Of a stretch of 64,000 bases of DNA, positions 1 through 9,682 are shown in pieces. Source of the stretch: Microcoleus sp. (GTDB lineage: Bacteria > Cyanobacteriota > Cyanobacteriia > Cyanobacteriales > Microcoleaceae); contig JAYFMW010000026.1 of NCBI GenBank assembly GCA_042408215.1, positions 64,001 through 128,000 of the forward strand, written 5' to 3'. The first letter of the stretch is position 1. Each line of letters starts with the position of its first letter. A program made the translations under genes and the position numbers. The notes beneath the pieces are model-generated. The model ran no database searches and was not told the origin of the DNA. It saw nothing but the letters and a program-made list of their open reading frames with translations.

Positions 1-110
1 ACGAGGCCCGAAATTAGCGAGGCTTGGCTTTTGGCCTTGACATAACCCATGATGCCGCCAATCAGTGTTAAAATGCCGTAGCCGATCGCCGCTGTAGTAC
101 CTAAATTCAT
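1..110 (-). CDS. TMEM14-family small membrane protein (5' part, runs off the window)
   Basis: Manual translation from ATG at 110 gives MNLGTTAAIGYGILTLIGGIMGYVKAKSQASLISGL, matching the TMEM14 pattern GGxMGY.KAxSxxSLxxG. Confidence 0.75.
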   Translation of the reverse strand, partial: MNLGTTAAIGYGILTLIGGIMGYVKAKSQASLISGL

Positions 111-235
111 TTTTGATCCTTCAAATTTCATAAGTGCATCTAAATTTATACAGCGCGACCTGTAACAAAGGTCGCAAATTGTTAGAAAATTTATTAAACC
201 CCGCTGGGATATCTAACTGTTCTACAATTCCGATT

Positions 236-1540
236 ATGTCAGCCCTAACTTCTGGTGCGATCGCCCAAATCCGCTACCTCCAACGCCAAGCAGCATCCCT
301 GATGCTGTATCAATCGGTGCTGAAGAACCCCGCAGGTCAAGCCTTTCTCGACTTGCTGCAAGCCCTGCACCACAGCGAGGTCAGCGGTTTTGACTGCCTC
401 GCAGCTTACGGAAACTGGTTTAAAATTCAGGCTGCTCAAAATTTGAGCTGGAGAGACGATCTAATTTCCCAAATTCTCAAAGACGAAAACCCCTTTTCTC
501 GTCGAGTTCAACAAACAGATTTTGCGAGTTTACCCCCCGCTTTGGTGGAAGCCGCCAGACACGATTTACAAGTGTTGCAAAATCTTTACGAATGCAGTGG
601 CGACCAATTGGGTAAGTGGGTGCGGGTGGCCGGTCAACTTGAGGCAGTACCTCCGATTTGGCATTCAGAAACTGTAGCAGAAAACGCCAAATTGCCGCTA
701 CATGGCAAACTGGAAAAATGGTCGAGTGCAGCCTCAGCTTTGGCAGAACATTACCGACAGTTTGGTACTGGTTTGTTTGCTGAATATCGCGCTTTTCAGT
801 GGCGAAACGGGCAGTTGGCGAGTATTGCTCATCCCGATCGCATAAATTTGAAAGAGTTGGTTTGCTGCGATTGGCAGCGAGATGCGATCGTCAAAAATAC
901 GGAGTTTTTGCTGGCTGGTTATCCGGCTTTGCACGTATTGCTTTATGGGAGTCGCGGTTCGGGCAAGTCTTCTTTGGTGAAGTCGCTGTTAAATGAGTTT
1001 GGCGATCGCAATCTGCGCTTGATTGAAGTATCTAAATCTGATTTGCAAGATTTGCCACTAATTGTAGAACAGTTGCGGGGAGTTCCTCAAAAGTTTATTA
1101 TTTTTGTGGATGACCTTTCCTTTGAGGAAGATGATGATGCTTTTAAAGCCTTGAAAGTGGTTTTAGAAGGGAATGTTACCGCCAAAGCTCAAAATGTAGC
1201 AGTTTACGCAACATCTAATAGGCGGCATTTAATTCGAGAGTTTTTTGACGACAGGCCACGCCCCCGCGATGGTGATGAAATTCACGCTTGGGATACGGTG
1301 CAGGAAAAACTTTCATTTAGCGATCGCTTTGGCTTGACTTTAACTTTTGAACCAGCCGATCAAAACACTTATTTAACAATTGTCGCACATCTGGCACTGC
1401 TGGCTGGAATCCAACTCGCACCTGAAGATTTGGAACACCGGGCTAAAGAATGGGCCACACGTCGCAATGGGCGATCGGGTCGAACAGCGCGGCAGTTTGT
1501 TGATTTTCTGAAAGCAGAATTAGCCCTTTCTGAGAAGTAA
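236..1540 (+). CDS. DUF815-family AAA+ ATPase
   Basis: Walker A GSRGSGKSS, Walker B IIFVDD, YATSNRRHL and EKLSFSDRFGL motifs; ATG at 236 preferred as start. Confidence 0.85.
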   Translation: MSALTSGAIAQIRYLQRQAASLMLYQSVLKNPAGQAFLDLLQALHHSEVSGFDCLAAYGNWFKIQAAQNLSWRDDLISQILKDENPFSRRVQQTDFASLPPALVEAARHDLQVLQNLYECSGDQLGKWVRVAGQLEAVPPIWHSETVAENAKLPLHGKLEKWSSAASALAEHYRQFGTGLFAEYRAFQWRNGQLASIAHPDRINLKELVCCDWQRDAIVKNTEFLLAGYPALHVLLYGSRGSGKSSLVKSLLNEFGDRNLRLIEVSKSDLQDLPLIVEQLRGVPQKFIIFVDDLSFEEDDDAFKALKVVLEGNVTAKAQNVAVYATSNRRHLIREFFDDRPRPRDGDEIHAWDTVQEKLSFSDRFGLTLTFEPADQNTYLTIVAHLALLAGIQLAPEDLEHRAKEWATRRNGRSGRTARQFVDFLKAELALSEK

Positions 1541-1795
1541 ATTATGGGGTTTGTAGGGTAATATTCTCGCTTAACAGGCTTTTCGGCCTGTTCCACAGAA
1601 ATTAAATTTGCTTTCTTGTGGGGTGGGCTTCTAGCCCGCCCGAATGAGAAAGCGGAAAATTCTTAATTTTTTCCTAATTTTGTCGATCGTAAATAATCAA
1701 CCAAACTTGATATAATTACCTAAATCCCTAAATAAACCTCCCGAGCCAAGCCTTCGGAGGATGGTACTAATCCAAAACTAGACGAGGAAACTACG

Positions 1796-2242
1796 ATGGG
1801 TTTATTTGATAAAGTATCCCAGACTCGCCAACAAAGCGATGTCACGTTAGGGCCAGCAGAAGCATTTGCAGCGATCGCACTAATTGCCGTAGCAGCCGAT
1901 GGTTACATTAATGATAGCGAAAGCCAAGCGATTAGCATGACGCTATCTCGAATGCAACTGTTTAGAAGCTATCCGAATGACGTGATGAAAAAAATGCTCG
2001 ATCGGCTGCTGATGATTCTGCAAAGGCAAGGAGTTGATGTATTATTTAATGCGGCTTTAGCAACACTTCCAGACGAACTTAAAGAAACAGTTTTTGCGGT
2101 GACGGCTGATATCGCTTTAGCAGATGGCGAAGTTTCGGAGGAAGAAGAACAACTTTTGAACGATCTTTACGGTGCCCTAGGACTTTCTGAAGAGATGGCC
2201 ATCAAGATTATAGATGTGATGTTGATTAAAAACAAAGGTTGA
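1796..2242 (+). CDS. TerB-family (tellurite-resistance-like) protein
   Basis: AVAADG.I..SE and IALADG.V..EE repeats; GAGGA RBS. Confidence 0.8.
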   Translation: MGLFDKVSQTRQQSDVTLGPAEAFAAIALIAVAADGYINDSESQAISMTLSRMQLFRSYPNDVMKKMLDRLLMILQRQGVDVLFNAALATLPDELKETVFAVTADIALADGEVSEEEEQLLNDLYGALGLSEEMAIKIIDVMLIKNKG

Positions 2243-2299
2243 AAAATCAGGGGTAGGGGTAGGAGTTATGAGTGTTGAATTAAATAAAGACAAGATTTT

Positions 2300-2345
2300 C
2301 AACTCACAACTCACAACTCACAACTCACAACTCACAACTCACAAC
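2300..2345 (+). repeat. STRR heptamer tract (AACTCAC)n
   Basis: About 6 tandem copies of a 7-mer. Confidence 0.9.
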
Positions 2346-2353
2346 TACTTGAA

Positions 2354-2761
2354 ATGTCTTTCACTTACACCCGCACTGTTCATTTTCAAGATACCGATGC
2401 TGCTGGAGTTGTATACTTTGCTAACGTCTTGGCAATGTGCCACGAAGCTTACGAGGCATCTTTAGCAGCATCGGAAATCAATCTCAAAGCATTTTTTAGC
2501 AATCCCCAGCTAGCCACTCCCATAATTCATGCTACTGTAGATTTTTACCGCCCGATGTTTGTTGGCGATCGACTAACTATTCAATTGACGCCCAAACAGG
2601 TTGGCGCAGATGAATTTGAAATTGCCTATCAAGTTTTTTCGGGAGAAATAGCAGGAAAATCCGCAGCTAAGGCTCTTACTAAGCACGTCTGCATCGATGC
2701 AGTTAGCCGAACTAGAAAACAGCTATCTGAAGAATTCATGCAGTGGCTGGGACAATTTTAG
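2354..2761 (+). CDS. 1,4-dihydroxy-2-naphthoyl-CoA thioesterase (hotdog fold, Slr0204-like)
   Basis: VHFQDTDAAGVVYF motif; adjacent to men genes. Confidence 0.8.
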   Translation: MSFTYTRTVHFQDTDAAGVVYFANVLAMCHEAYEASLAASEINLKAFFSNPQLATPIIHATVDFYRPMFVGDRLTIQLTPKQVGADEFEIAYQVFSGEIAGKSAAKALTKHVCIDAVSRTRKQLSEEFMQWLGQF

Positions 2762-2806
2762 ATTTTAGATTGCTTCCTTATTCCTAATTATTTATTCATC
2801 AACATC

Positions 2807-3793
2807 ATGCCAAATCGCAATCGCAATTATGCCATCGTCGGCACGGGAGCTTTAGGCGGATTCTACGGTGCTAGACTGCAAAAAGCCGGTTTAGAAGTTA
2901 ATTTTTTGCTACGAAGCGATTACGAACACGTCAAAAAACACGGCTTGATTGTCGAGTCTCCCGAAGGTAACTTCACCCTCCCGCAAGTCCGCGCCTACCA
3001 CGACGCGCACCAAATGCCTAAATGCGACGTCGTAATTGTCGCCCTAAAAACAACTCAAAATCACTTATTGCCGAAAATATTGCCTCCTTTATTAAAAGAT
3101 AATGGCGTAGTTTTAGTCTTGCAAAACGGACTGAATATCGAAGTAGAAGTGGCTAAAATTGTCGGTGCAGAACGAGTGATTGGCGGGCTATGTTTTCTCT
3201 GTTCTTATAAAGTTGGGCCTGGTCACATCTGTCATCTAGATTACGGCACTATCACCCTGGGCGATTATTCCCAAGACTATCAACCCCTAGGAATTACTAA
3301 CAGATTGAATCAGATTGCTAGCGATTTTCAAAAAGGGGAAATTACGATTAATATGAGTGAAGATTTACTTTTGTCAAGGTGGAAAAAACTTGTTTGGAAT
3401 ATTCCTTATAATGGAATGTCTGTAGTATTGAATGCGAGAACAGATGAACTGATGGCTAATCCCGATACTCGGATTTTAGTCGAGCAAATTATGGGGGAAG
3501 TGGTAGCGGGGGCGAAAAGTTGCGATCGCATTATTCCCGATGAATTTATCCAAAATATGCTCGACTACACTCACAAAATGAAACCTTACCGCACCAGCAT
3601 GAAAATCGATTACGATGAATCGCGCCCCCTAGAAGTTGAAGCAATTTTTGGCAATCCGATACGGGTAGCGGAGCAAGCAGGAATTAAGTTACCACAAATA
3701 GAGGTACTTTACCGAATGTTGAAGTTTATGGATGCTCAAAAGCAAGAAGCAGAAAGGAAGCGACAGCTATTACAGCAGATTCCACACTTATGA
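2807..3793 (+). CDS. panE: 2-dehydropantoate 2-reductase (ApbA/PanE family)
   Basis: GTGALGG Rossmann motif, LQNGL, WKKLVWN, SMKID, LEVEAI. Confidence 0.85.
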   Translation: MPNRNRNYAIVGTGALGGFYGARLQKAGLEVNFLLRSDYEHVKKHGLIVESPEGNFTLPQVRAYHDAHQMPKCDVVIVALKTTQNHLLPKILPPLLKDNGVVLVLQNGLNIEVEVAKIVGAERVIGGLCFLCSYKVGPGHICHLDYGTITLGDYSQDYQPLGITNRLNQIASDFQKGEITINMSEDLLLSRWKKLVWNIPYNGMSVVLNARTDELMANPDTRILVEQIMGEVVAGAKSCDRIIPDEFIQNMLDYTHKMKPYRTSMKIDYDESRPLEVEAIFGNPIRVAEQAGIKLPQIEVLYRMLKFMDAQKQEAERKRQLLQQIPHL

Positions 3794-3816
3794 AGTACGG
3801 TAGGGACACAGCAATG

Positions 3817-4031
3817 CCCATTGGTGTCAACTTAACGTTAAACCCAGTCAGAGACTGCTGTTTGACCATTAAGCCTAGATCCCCCCGCATTCTTGCCCCC
3901 TACTCCCCCTTAAGAAGGGGGGGACAGGAAGCCTCTTTAAGTCCCCCTTCTTAAGGGGGATTTAGGGGGATCTAGACTCAGCTAAAAACGAGATTTCTCA
4001 AGGCTTTCAGGCTTAAGTTGACACCAATGGG
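3817..4031. mobile_element. MITE with CCCATTGGTGTCAACTTAA TIRs, nested in a REP-like palindrome
   Basis: 19-bp terminal inverted repeats, 5-bp flanking duplication CAATG, internal CCCCTTAAGAAGGGG palindromes; relatives at 24627 and 33220. Confidence 0.8.
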
Positions 4032-4051
4032 CAATGCCGTGTCCTCAGCAT

Positions 4052-5472
4052 TTATTGATATTTTATGGCAATTTCTTGCAATAGTTCCCGATTGACTTTT
4101 CCTTGAGAATTCCGGGGCAATTGTTCAACAAAAACCCAATATTTAGGTCGCTTAAACTTGCTCAATTTATCTTCTATTGCCGCTTGCAAAGCTGTGACAG
4201 TAACTGCGGAATTTGTGGGGACGTAAATCGCTGTTACTACTTGACCCCAATGTTTGTCTAGCAAACCAATGACGGCCACATCGACAACTAAATTAGTCGT
4301 CCTAATGGCGGCTTCGACTTCCGCAGGAAATACGTTTTCTCCGCCTGTGATAATTTTATCACTGTTGCGTCCGACAATGTTTAAGTAGTTATTTTCATCA
4401 AAAAATCCCAAATCGTCTAATTGGAAATATTCGCGATCGCCAAATTTGTCTGGATAATAACCCAAGGCTAAAGATTTAGCATTTACTGCAATATTTCCGA
4501 CTTGATTATAACACAATATCTCGCCTTTTTCACTACGAATTGTTACTTTAGCGTGGGGTAAAATTTGACCAGCACTGTTATTACCCGCGAGGAAATCTTC
4601 GGGTTTGAGTGTGGCAATTTGCGAAGCAGTTTCTGTCATACCGTAAGTTAGGGCTAATTTAATATGATATTTTCTAGCTGTTGCTAAAAGTTCCGGCCAA
4701 GCGGGAGCACCGCCCAAAAGTACGGTATGAAATCGGGAAAGCCAATTAGCTGTATCTGGGTTTTGCAGCAGGCGTTGCAGTTGAGTTGGAACTAGGGAAA
4801 TGAAAAATTCTTCTGGTTCGATATCGGATTTTTGACCAGATTCTAATTCTTTGAATGGCTGAATTGCCAGTTTTCCGCCGATCGTAAATGAACGCATAAA
4901 TTGCATTAAACCGCTGACGTGATATAATGGCAAAACGCAGAATGAGTTGATTTTGTCAACTTGAAAATATTGTTGGAAACCTTGCACTGATGCTGTTAGT
5001 GTTTCCCAAGTGTGGATGGCAAAACGGATTTTTCCCGACGAACCGCCGGTGGGAATCATGATCGATGGTAATTGGTAATTGCTAATTGGTAATTGGGGAT
5101 TGTTTTTCGGTTTTTCGGGTGGAGATGCGAGCGCTCCCATTTCTGTGAGATGTTGCAGTGCATTTTGCCCAATAATTAGGTCTGGTTGGACTAAATCAAA
5201 AACTTGTTGCCATTCTTGTTTTACCCAGTTGGGATTGCAGAGAAAAATCTGGGATTTGGCGTCACAAGCAGCTATGAAACTGGCAATAAATTGTATGGGT
5301 TCTGATTCTGCTAGGAAAATTATTTTCGGTGTTTCCGGTGGTTGATTTTGGGTTAATTGCTGAAATATGCGATCGACTATTTGAGCAATTTCGCGGCTGT
5401 CACAACCGATGAGCCAATTATCGGAGAAGCGAGACGCTATATCTAGAATATTTGCTGTTACATTTTTTGTCA
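4052..5472 (-). CDS. menE: o-succinylbenzoate-CoA ligase
   Basis: TGGSSGK AMP-binding loop, YGMTETASQ, DDLG, GRxxDxIITGGENV. Confidence 0.9.
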
Positions 5473-5518
5473 TAGATGCTTTCACCAAGTTTCTGAGCCC
5501 CCAGGAGTAATCTAAAAT

Positions 5519-6649
5519 CTAAAATCTAAAATCTAAAATTGAATGGTCGTCAAACCAAGAGTCGGTGCCGAAGCCTAATGCTCTAGAATTGGGAAACAAT
5601 TCTGTTGCTAAATTTAAGGCTGCTTGTCTGCCTATTTGGGTTTCAAATACTGATGAAAAAACAGCGTCTATATTGTGGGTTTGACAAAATTTTCGCAGTT
5701 GGGATGGGGAACCGCAGATGGCTGGTTTAATGACAAAGATTCCCCGCCAGCCTTGATCGTAGTATTCTTGGATGCGATCGAGATTGGCGACTGACTCATC
5801 AAGGGCGATCGGAGTTGCATAAACAGCACTCAATTCTAGCATTTCCTCAAATTGTGTGACAGGCAAGGGCTGTTCTAAAAATTCAATTTTTACGGAAAAC
5901 TTGGGAATTTCTAACACATTGTCGCAAGTTTTTAGCCATGTTTCAGCTTGCGAGTAATTGAGTCCGCCGTTGGCGTCTAATCGCAAAAGTGCTTTTTCGC
6001 GATCGCCCAAATCATCCATTGCCTTAATTAACTGCTGAAAAACATTTAATTCTTGTTCAATTGCAGCAACGCCAATTTTCCATTTAAACGTGCGATATCC
6101 CTGTTTCCAAAGCATTTGTAAAGCCGATAAAGCTGTTTCTCCCGCTGGCAATAAACCGCTGTACCGATTATTTTCTTCCTCGTTCCCAGGCTCTGCCCAT
6201 TGGTGACAGCTTAAGACTGAACCCACAATAAATGTCGCTTTTAGGCGAAGTCTAGATCCCCCTAAATCCCCCTTAAGAAGGGGGACTTTGACCCCCCCTG
6301 TCCCCCCCTTAGTAGGGGCGGTGCCCCCGTGCCCGCCCTTGGTTAGGGGGGATCTAGAGTTTGATAGTGCTGATTCGAAGCCAAATTGACAAGCCGGCAA
6401 TTCAGCGGAAATTGAGAAAATCATCTCTTCTGAAATATTAGCTGGTAACGAGTTACAAAAATCTAAAGCTTGCTCAAAACTTTCGGAACCAAACCAACTC
6501 AAAGGGGCAATTTCTCCCCAACCAATTTGACCATTTTCGTCAGTAAGTCTCAGGATAATTCCTAATCGAATCTCCCAGATGCCATGACTTGTGTGCAAGG
6601 GACGCTTAAACTTTCGTTGATAGGTACGAAATTCAAATTGATAAAGCAT
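5519..6649 (-). CDS. menC: o-succinylbenzoate synthase with in-frame repeat insertion
   Basis: GWGEIAPL, FKWKIG, LRLDANGG, EQP, ALDES, VIKP enolase-superfamily motifs. Confidence 0.9.
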   Translation of the reverse strand: MLYQFEFRTYQRKFKRPLHTSHGIWEIRLGIILRLTDENGQIGWGEIAPLSWFGSESFEQALDFCNSLPANISEEMIFSISAELPACQFGFESALSNSRSPLTKGGHGGTAPTKGGTGGVKVPLLKGDLGGSRLRLKATFIVGSVLSCHQWAEPGNEEENNRYSGLLPAGETALSALQMLWKQGYRTFKWKIGVAAIEQELNVFQQLIKAMDDLGDREKALLRLDANGGLNYSQAETWLKTCDNVLEIPKFSVKIEFLEQPLPVTQFEEMLELSAVYATPIALDESVANLDRIQEYYDQGWRGIFVIKPAICGSPSQLRKFCQTHNIDAVFSSVFETQIGRQAALNLATELFPNSRALGFGTDSWFDDHSILDFRF

Positions 6650-6666
6650 TTACTTTTTAATTAATC

Positions 6667-6771
6667 TAAGACTTACGGATAAGTGTCAAAGAAACCGGGT
6701 TTTTCGCCTGGTTAAAGGCTGAGATGCAGTATCTCGGTAAAAAACCCGGTTTCTGATCTGAGTAAGTCCTA
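6667..6771. mobile_element. MITE (AGGACTTAC-type TIR, internal GAAACCGGGTTTTT inverted pair)
   Basis: TAAGACTTACGG...GAGTAAGTCCTA ends; similar elements near 14226-14330, 45780-45890, 48910-49015 and 55600-55702. Confidence 0.65.
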
Positions 6772-7569
6772 TCCATAAAATTGTCTCACGACTGCGACAA
6801 ATTGATCGAGATTTTCAAAATGCACATTGTGACCAGCTTGTGCTATAATCTTGAGACTAGCTGCTGGACATAAACTAGCAATTTCGGCATTTATAGTTTT
6901 AAATTTATCATCATATTCTCCCGCTAGCAAGAGGAGAGGAATTTGATTTTGTGCAAGTTTTTCCCAGAGAGAGGGCTGGTTTCCTGTTCCCATGTTGCGG
7001 AGGGATTTGGCTAATTCGATCGGGTTATTTGCTAAACGGGTTTCGATGAGTCGATCGAAATTAGGAGAGTTTTTTAAAGATTGGAATAAAGGGCGATCGT
7101 ACCAACTTAATAAAAATTCTTTAAAGTTGCTATTTTCCAGTTTTTGTGCTATATGTAAATCGGATTTCATGCGGTGCGATCGCTCTTTTTCGGTCTTCAA
7201 TCCCGGCGAAGCTGACTCCAGCACTACTTTCTCGAATCTGTCAGGAAAATGCAACGTCATGTACAGTGCCAATCGCCCGCCCATTGAATAGCCTAATAAA
7301 AAACATTTGTCTATTTGTAAATCATCTAATAAGTGTATCAATGCTTGGGCTGTATTTGACATATTGTAGCAAGTTTCATCGCCGCTGACTTGGGTTTTTC
7401 CGTGGCCGGGAAGGTCAACTGCTAGACAGCAATAACTTTGAGAAAGTAAGGAAATGATTGGGTCAAAGTCTTGACAATCGCAGGTAAAGCCGTGGAGTAA
7501 TAAAATTATGGGCTGATTTTTGTTGTCAGTTAAGGAATAGTGAAACTGATAATTTTTAATTATGTTCAT
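6769..7569 (-). CDS. menH: SHCHC synthase (alpha/beta hydrolase)
   Basis: LHGF, DLPGHG, GYSMGGR, ESASPG, AGHNVH; men-cluster context. Confidence 0.9.
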   Translation of the reverse strand: MNIIKNYQFHYSLTDNKNQPIILLLHGFTCDCQDFDPIISLLSQSYCCLAVDLPGHGKTQVSGDETCYNMSNTAQALIHLLDDLQIDKCFLLGYSMGGRLALYMTLHFPDRFEKVVLESASPGLKTEKERSHRMKSDLHIAQKLENSNFKEFLLSWYDRPLFQSLKNSPNFDRLIETRLANNPIELAKSLRNMGTGNQPSLWEKLAQNQIPLLLLAGEYDDKFKTINAEIASLCPAASLKIIAQAGHNVHFENLDQFVAVVRQFYG

Positions 7570-7599
7570 CTACAATAATTAGTATAATTGCCCTATTTA

Positions 7600-8007
7600 T
7601 TAAAATCGAATTTCCGCATCGCCAACAGAGATGACTGCTTTAAAACGAGTCAGAAAATCCATACCAAGAAGACCATCTATACGAAGATTTGGCGGTATAT
7701 CGTGGGCAAATACGTCAAAGTTTTCTATGAACTGACCCACGCAATTAAACCAACATACATTAATTACAGGAACATAGATTCTTCCTTGGCCTGTAAAGAT
7801 TTCTTGCCTGCGTAGAGGATTGCGTGAATCGTAACCCAAATCCTCTAATGTTTTAATTGGTAATATTGTGTAGCAGGCTCCCGTATCCACCAGTAAACGC
7901 ACCCGATACTCATTAGCCTCACCATTATTTCCGCCAATGGTTGCTTGCACCGCGAGCAAATTTCGTCCGTGACGCAACAAGGGATAAGCTTTTTGATAAT
8001 TTGACAT
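7600..8007 (-). CDS. Retropepsin-like (clan AA) aspartyl protease
   Basis: LLVDTGA and GLLGMDFL motifs. Confidence 0.85.
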   Translation of the reverse strand: MSNYQKAYPLLRHGRNLLAVQATIGGNNGEANEYRVRLLVDTGACYTILPIKTLEDLGYDSRNPLRRQEIFTGQGRIYVPVINVCWFNCVGQFIENFDVFAHDIPPNLRIDGLLGMDFLTRFKAVISVGDAEIRF

Positions 8008-8012
8008 TTTTG

Positions 8013-8258
8013 TTACAACATAGCTACTAAATTTTCAGGGATGGGCCCGGTGTATTCTATTGCCACCGATTTTCCCTTCCTTGACAAAGCATTATTGTAA
8101 AGCAAATCGCGTTCTGGTGAGTGTGCTAAAACTTCACCTCGAATTACATTCAAATTCTCGTCCAATTCAGTGTAAGCAATTAGCACCCACTCGCTAGGAT
8201 ATAAGTGGATGATTTCTTCTAGGGTTAGGATTTTGTCAATTTCTACTGGCGTACTCAT
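8013..8258 (-). CDS. Small DUF5678-like protein paired with the aspartyl protease
   Basis: YPSEWVLI...GEVLAHS pattern; 5-bp gap to the protease gene; GAGAGG RBS. Confidence 0.65.
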   Translation of the reverse strand: MSTPVEIDKILTLEEIIHLYPSEWVLIAYTELDENLNVIRGEVLAHSPERDLLYNNALSRKGKSVAIEYTGPIPENLVAML

Positions 8259-8402
8259 GATTTGCCTCTCCTTGTTGGCGATTCAACATCAAACTGTTTG
8301 TAGTAAGGACTTTAGTCCTTATTGACTAAAATCTTGCACAAAGGACTAAATTCCTCACTACGAACCGTACCTTTATTTTACCATTATTCCCGATCGCCCG
8401 AT

Positions 8403-9299
8403 TTACAAAACAAACCCCAATCCCAGCAGTACACCGCTAACAAAATGCAGGGTGACTGCAATAAACTTACAGTTGCTGACTTTGGCTGGCTGGTCGTGAT
8501 AGTCTGTGACATGGCGGCAAAGGTCGATCGCAAAAAACACACTACCAAAAATTAACAGCGTCCAAATTGGGAAAAGCCCGATCGCCCAAAATAGCACAGT
8601 CAAAGCATAAACGCTACCGCACAACAACTGCAACACCTGGACACCTTTTTTTGTACCGAGTCGGACAATTGGCGATTTTTTACCCGCAGCCAAATCATCC
8701 GCAACTTGATGAAAGTGGGAACAAAATAAGATAATACTCGTAGTAATTCCCACGATTACCGAAGCCGCAAAATTAGTGGCAGACCAAGTTTGAGTTTGAC
8801 TGTAATAAGCAGCGGCTAAAGCTAGAGGGCCGAAGGTAAAAAAGCAGATAAATTCCCCTAAACCCTGATAGCCCAAACGAAAAGGAGGCCCTTGATAAGT
8901 GTAGCCAAGAGCGCAACACAAAACTACCAGCAAAATTACTGTTGGGTCTTTTTCCCACCAGCTTATGGCACAGATTCCCGACACTCCCAAAGCTAAAAAC
9001 AGATTAGCCAGCCAGAAAATTAAAGATTTATTTCCGGTTAAGTTAACCAAGGAATGTGCTTTGTTTTTATCTATCCCTGTTTCCGAGTCAAATACATCAT
9101 TGGTGAGATTCAGCCATGCTATAATTAAAATGGCTGACATTAAAAATGTCGAAAAGATTGACGAATTAATCGTTTGAGTTTCGGCAAAAGCAATGGCAGT
9201 TCCTACAGAAATAGGAATCACAGCAACGCTGTACATGGGTGGCTTGATTGCCGCTAGCCACAGTTTACTATTTGGAGGTTCAATTAACTTTGTTGTCAT
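8403..9299 (-). CDS. menA: DHNA phytyltransferase (UbiA family)
   Basis: AAIKPPMY, NDVFD...GID, YQGPPFRLGY, DDLAAGK; start taken as MTTKLI. Confidence 0.9.
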   Translation of the reverse strand: MTTKLIEPPNSKLWLAAIKPPMYSVAVIPISVGTAIAFAETQTINSSIFSTFLMSAILIIAWLNLTNDVFDSETGIDKNKAHSLVNLTGNKSLIFWLANLFLALGVSGICAISWWEKDPTVILLVVLCCALGYTYQGPPFRLGYQGLGEFICFFTFGPLALAAAYYSQTQTWSATNFAASVIVGITTSIILFCSHFHQVADDLAAGKKSPIVRLGTKKGVQVLQLLCGSVYALTVLFWAIGLFPIWTLLIFGSVFFAIDLCRHVTDYHDQPAKVSNCKFIAVTLHFVSGVLLGLGFVL

Positions 9300-9682
9300 T
9301 ACACAAACTTGATTCAATTGATAGCAGCGTAGTAATTTTACAATTTTATTGGTAAAGAAGGTGTCATCTGTATCAGGTTGAGTGCGTGCGGGCATCCATT
9401 CAGAGGCTGTGGGGGTACTCAAACTGTGGAAGTAGCCCGTCTGTAAACCTCTGTGGGGGCGATCGACTTTTGCCGAGAGTTAACCGATCGATCTATAAAG
9501 TTTTGTGTCTAAATGTTTCGCTCGATCGCCCCAGAGTCTGTTTTTTTGCCCTAGGGAGTCGAAACAGGGAGGGAAACTCGAAAGGTCATGTTTGGCGATC
9601 GCCCTCCCGTGCTTAGATCGAAATAGGGGTTCTAGCGGGACAAACTCGCACTCTTGCTGACAAATCTGCTATTCTCGCTTTC

